From assembly GCF_001194135.2 (NCBI RefSeq), contig NC_069001.1, forward strand, positions 24,555,081 to 24,619,080: a stretch of DNA of 64,000 nt, written 5' to 3'. Shown piece after piece: positions 61,450 through 64,000 of this stretch (positions are counted from its first letter, which is position 1; every line of letters starts with the position of its first letter). The notes below the pieces were generated by a model, which ran no database searches, had not been told where the DNA came from, and worked only from the letters and a program-made list of their open reading frames with translations. The position numbers and the translations under genes were made by a program. This stretch comes from Octopus bimaculoides. Its lineage: Eukaryota.

Positions 61450-61740
61450 AGTTTGTAGAGGGTTGAATCGATTGCATCGACCCCAGTTCTCCAACACTGG
61501 ATTGATAGAAGTCAAAGTGGACCTCGTCGGAATTTGAAATTAGAACATGAAGACAGATGAAGTGTCGCTAAGAGGATGAAGGTCGTCGAAACCCTTGAAT
61601 AAAGTATTTGACTAGTATTCTATTGACACTCTCAAGACGAATTGCAAATTTGACTCCGGCGTTATTTGAACTCAGGTGTTAATGAGCCGGAACAAATAAT
61701 GCAAGTCATTTTGTCCAGAGCTAGAACAATTCTGCCAATC
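61450..61740 (-). mobile_element. Two degenerate family 4 fragments
   Basis: aatcgattgcatcgacccca...aaagtggacctcg.cggaatttgaa and gaattgcaaatttgactccggcgttatttgaactcag...aagtcattttgtcc. Confidence 0.6.
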
Positions 61741-62150
61741 AAACCAATGAGTATTATATTCAAGCAGCCATTAGACACTAGATTCATATCTCTGACTGTC
61801 CTAGAGGGGGCTCAATTTTCTGGTTGATAATCCGGAAGATAGATGAAAAGCTAATAAATTTTACACTGCATTAGCTGGTGAATTAAAAGAGTTTGGCAGT
61901 CAAAGGATGTTTCTCAGTTTTTAATTGATGCAACTGCAATGATAGACATCCACTTCTATAAATACAGTCGTATATTACCTATAACAATAGACATAGGCAT
62001 GTTACCGAAAATAGCAATATAAGAATCTATAAATAATATTACGGCATTCTCATGCGACAATGATATGCTTGTTTTCCAAGATGTAGCTAGTTATTGATTT
62101 ACGAAGAGACACTTGATCTAATTCCCAAGCCAATAAATAATGAAGGGCGA

Positions 62151-62304
62151 TTCTTCTTCTTCTTCTTCTTCTTCTTCTTCTTCTTCTTCTTCTTCTTCTT
62201 CTTCTTCTTCTTCTTCTTCTTCTTCTTCTTCTTCTTCCTCCGTCTCGTCTACTGCTTCACCTCCTCTTCCTCCTCTTCTTCGTTCTCTTCTTCTTCTTCT
62301 TCTT

Positions 62305-62388
<84 letters not shown>
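62151..62388. repeat. (TTC)n then (TTA)n compound microsatellite
   Basis: Direct reading; the (TTA)n is positioned as the 3' tail or target of the minus-strand RLE elements beyond the gap. Confidence 0.95.
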
Positions 62389-63024
62389 TTATGTTTGACN
62401 NNNNNNNNNNNNNNNNNNNNNNNNNNNNNNNNNNNNNNNNNNNNNNNNNNNNNNNNNNNNNNNNNNNNNNNNNNNNNNNNNNNNNNNNNNNNNNNNNNNN
62501 NNNNNNNNNNNNNNNNNNNNNNNNNNNNNNNNNNNNNNNNNNNNNNNNNNNNNNNNNNNNNNNNNNNNNNNNNNNNNNNNNNNNNNNNNNNNNNNNNNNN
62601 NNNNNNNNNNNNNNNNNNNNNNNNNNNNNNNNNNNNNNNNNNNNNNNNNNNNNNNNNNNNNNNNNNNNNNNNNNNNNNNNNNNNNNNNNNNNNNNNNNNN
62701 NNNNNNNNNNNNNNNNNNNNNNNNNNNNNNNNNNNNNNNNNNNNNNNNNNNNNNNNNNNNNNNNNNNNNNNNNNNNNNNNNNNNNNNNNNNNNNNNNNNN
62801 NNNNNNNNNNNNNNNNNNNNNNNNNNNNNNNNNNNNNNNNNNNNNNNNNNNNNNNNNNNNNNNNNNNNNNNNNNNNNNNNNNNNNNNNNNNNNNNNNNNN
62901 NNNNNNNNNNNNNNNNNNNNNNNNNNNNNNNNNNNNNNNNNNNNNNNNNNNNNNNNNNNNNNNNNNNNNNNNNNNNNNNNNNNNNNNNNNNNNNNNNNNN
63001 NNNNNNNNNNNNNNNNNNNNNATA

Positions 63025-63385
63025 TATATTTGTAAGTCCTGGTGTTTTTGTTATGTATTTGTCTGAATATTTTTTTATCATACCTAAGGCGCCTACTCAA
63101 ATAGAAATTGTTTCTGTTTTTAGATTCCACATTCGAGTTATCTCTATTTCTAGGTCTTTGTATTTTGAAAGTTTCTCCATTTCTTTTAGGGAAATGTTGT
63201 CATCTGCTGGTATTGATACATCAATTAGAAAGAATTTTTTTCTTCATGATCTCTGACAACTATATCTGGCCTATTGGCCTTAATTTCTCTATCAGTGTGT
63301 ATTGGCATATCCCAGAGTATGGTTGCTTTCTCGTTTTCTGTGACCTTTTCTGGAGTGTGCCTATACCATCTTTTTTCTGTTGTTA
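63025..63385 (-). mobile_element. R4/Dong-like RLE LINE (same family as 48082-48610), 5'-truncated
   Basis: TTEKRWYRHTPEKVTENEKATILWDMPIHTDREIKANRPDIVVRDHEE / FLIDVSIPADDNISLKEMEKLSKYKDLEIEITRMWNLKTETISI*VGALG; near-identical DNA to 48541-48610. Confidence 0.9.
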
Positions 63386-64000
63386 GCTTCTAAAGCTGGA
63401 AATGTACTGCGGTGTCAGCTGTTCACTATCAGTGAACTAAGGTAACAACCCTTATTTTTCGAACACCATCCGGTTTATTCAAGCGATTTCAAGCAGTGCT
63501 GTTTTCTACAAGCGCTCCCCACTTATTGCAGCCCCTATTTGTTCCACGTACTTCTCAAGATTTTTGATCACTAAGCCCGACAATTATTGGTACTACTACC
63601 ACCATTTACAGTGACTACAATTGCTTAACCTCTCAAGCTAACATATCATATCTATCGACTTTTCTTTCTTCCTTATCGCACACCTTGTTGTCAGCTGGGC
63701 GTGCTATATCTATGATACAGCATCGTTCGATTTCTTTCTCAATTAACACTATGCTTGGTTTCCTATTCTCTATCTCATGGTCGCACTGAATCATAAAATC
63801 TCATAGAATCTTTCCATTATCATTTTCGATGATGCCTTCGAGTTTGTGTTCATACCACTTGTTTGCTCTGTCAAGTCCATACTTGTTGCAAAGTGTCAAA
63901 TGAACAATCCTTGCTGTTATCATTACGTCTCTTATATTCTTTCTGAGCTAGTGGCGTACATTGACTGGTAATATGACAAACGGTTTCACAAATTTGTCCC
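63386..64000 (-). mobile_element. Second, older R4-clade-like RLE LINE 3' portion (continues beyond the window)
   Basis: ETVCHITSQCTPLAQKEYKRR (CCHC knuckle end), KWYEHKLE...ENDNGKIL*DFMIQCDHEIENRKPSIV...CCIIDIARPAD...VVVPIIVG, KTALLEIA; 3' UTR ends ccagctttagaagc. Confidence 0.8.

Noticed and set aside
473-63130. Long ORFs in the track made of X residues (e.g. 16129-17295, 53266-54405, 55806-57299, 59190-60094)
   Set aside because: They read through N gaps and have no stop codons only because the bases are unknown.

Overview
AT-rich, microsatellite-dense animal genomic DNA with about 10 kb of N gaps. It looks like octopus/coleoid cephalopod intergenic or intronic sequence. That is an inference from the tRNA-derived, CORE-like SINE families and the repeat landscape; I ran no database search. 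No intact host protein-coding gene, true tRNA gene or CRISPR array is supported. The coding-derived sequence I could recognise is all transposon relic: a nearly full-length Chapaev3-type (CMC superfamily) transposase, an internally deleted mariner, a hAT/Buster-type transposase fragment with a nested MITE, a decayed Ty3/Gypsy pol, RTE-clade LINE 3' ends, and R4/Dong-like RLE LINE ends in (TAA)n repeats. There is also a non-autonomous Helitron, a hAT MITE with a perfect 8-bp TSD, and four recurring SINE-like families. The most notable signal is a set of hammerhead-ribozyme (HHR)-like motifs. At 7.4-7.9 kb a 3x ~160-170 bp tandem repeat carries one degenerate type I HHR per unit; their majority consensus restores a perfect catalytic core, which resembles a non-LTR retrozyme or tandem Penelope pLTRs. 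Separate HHR-like motifs occur at ~1.3, ~22.8 and ~31.7 kb. All alignments and folds were done by eye and need computational confirmation.
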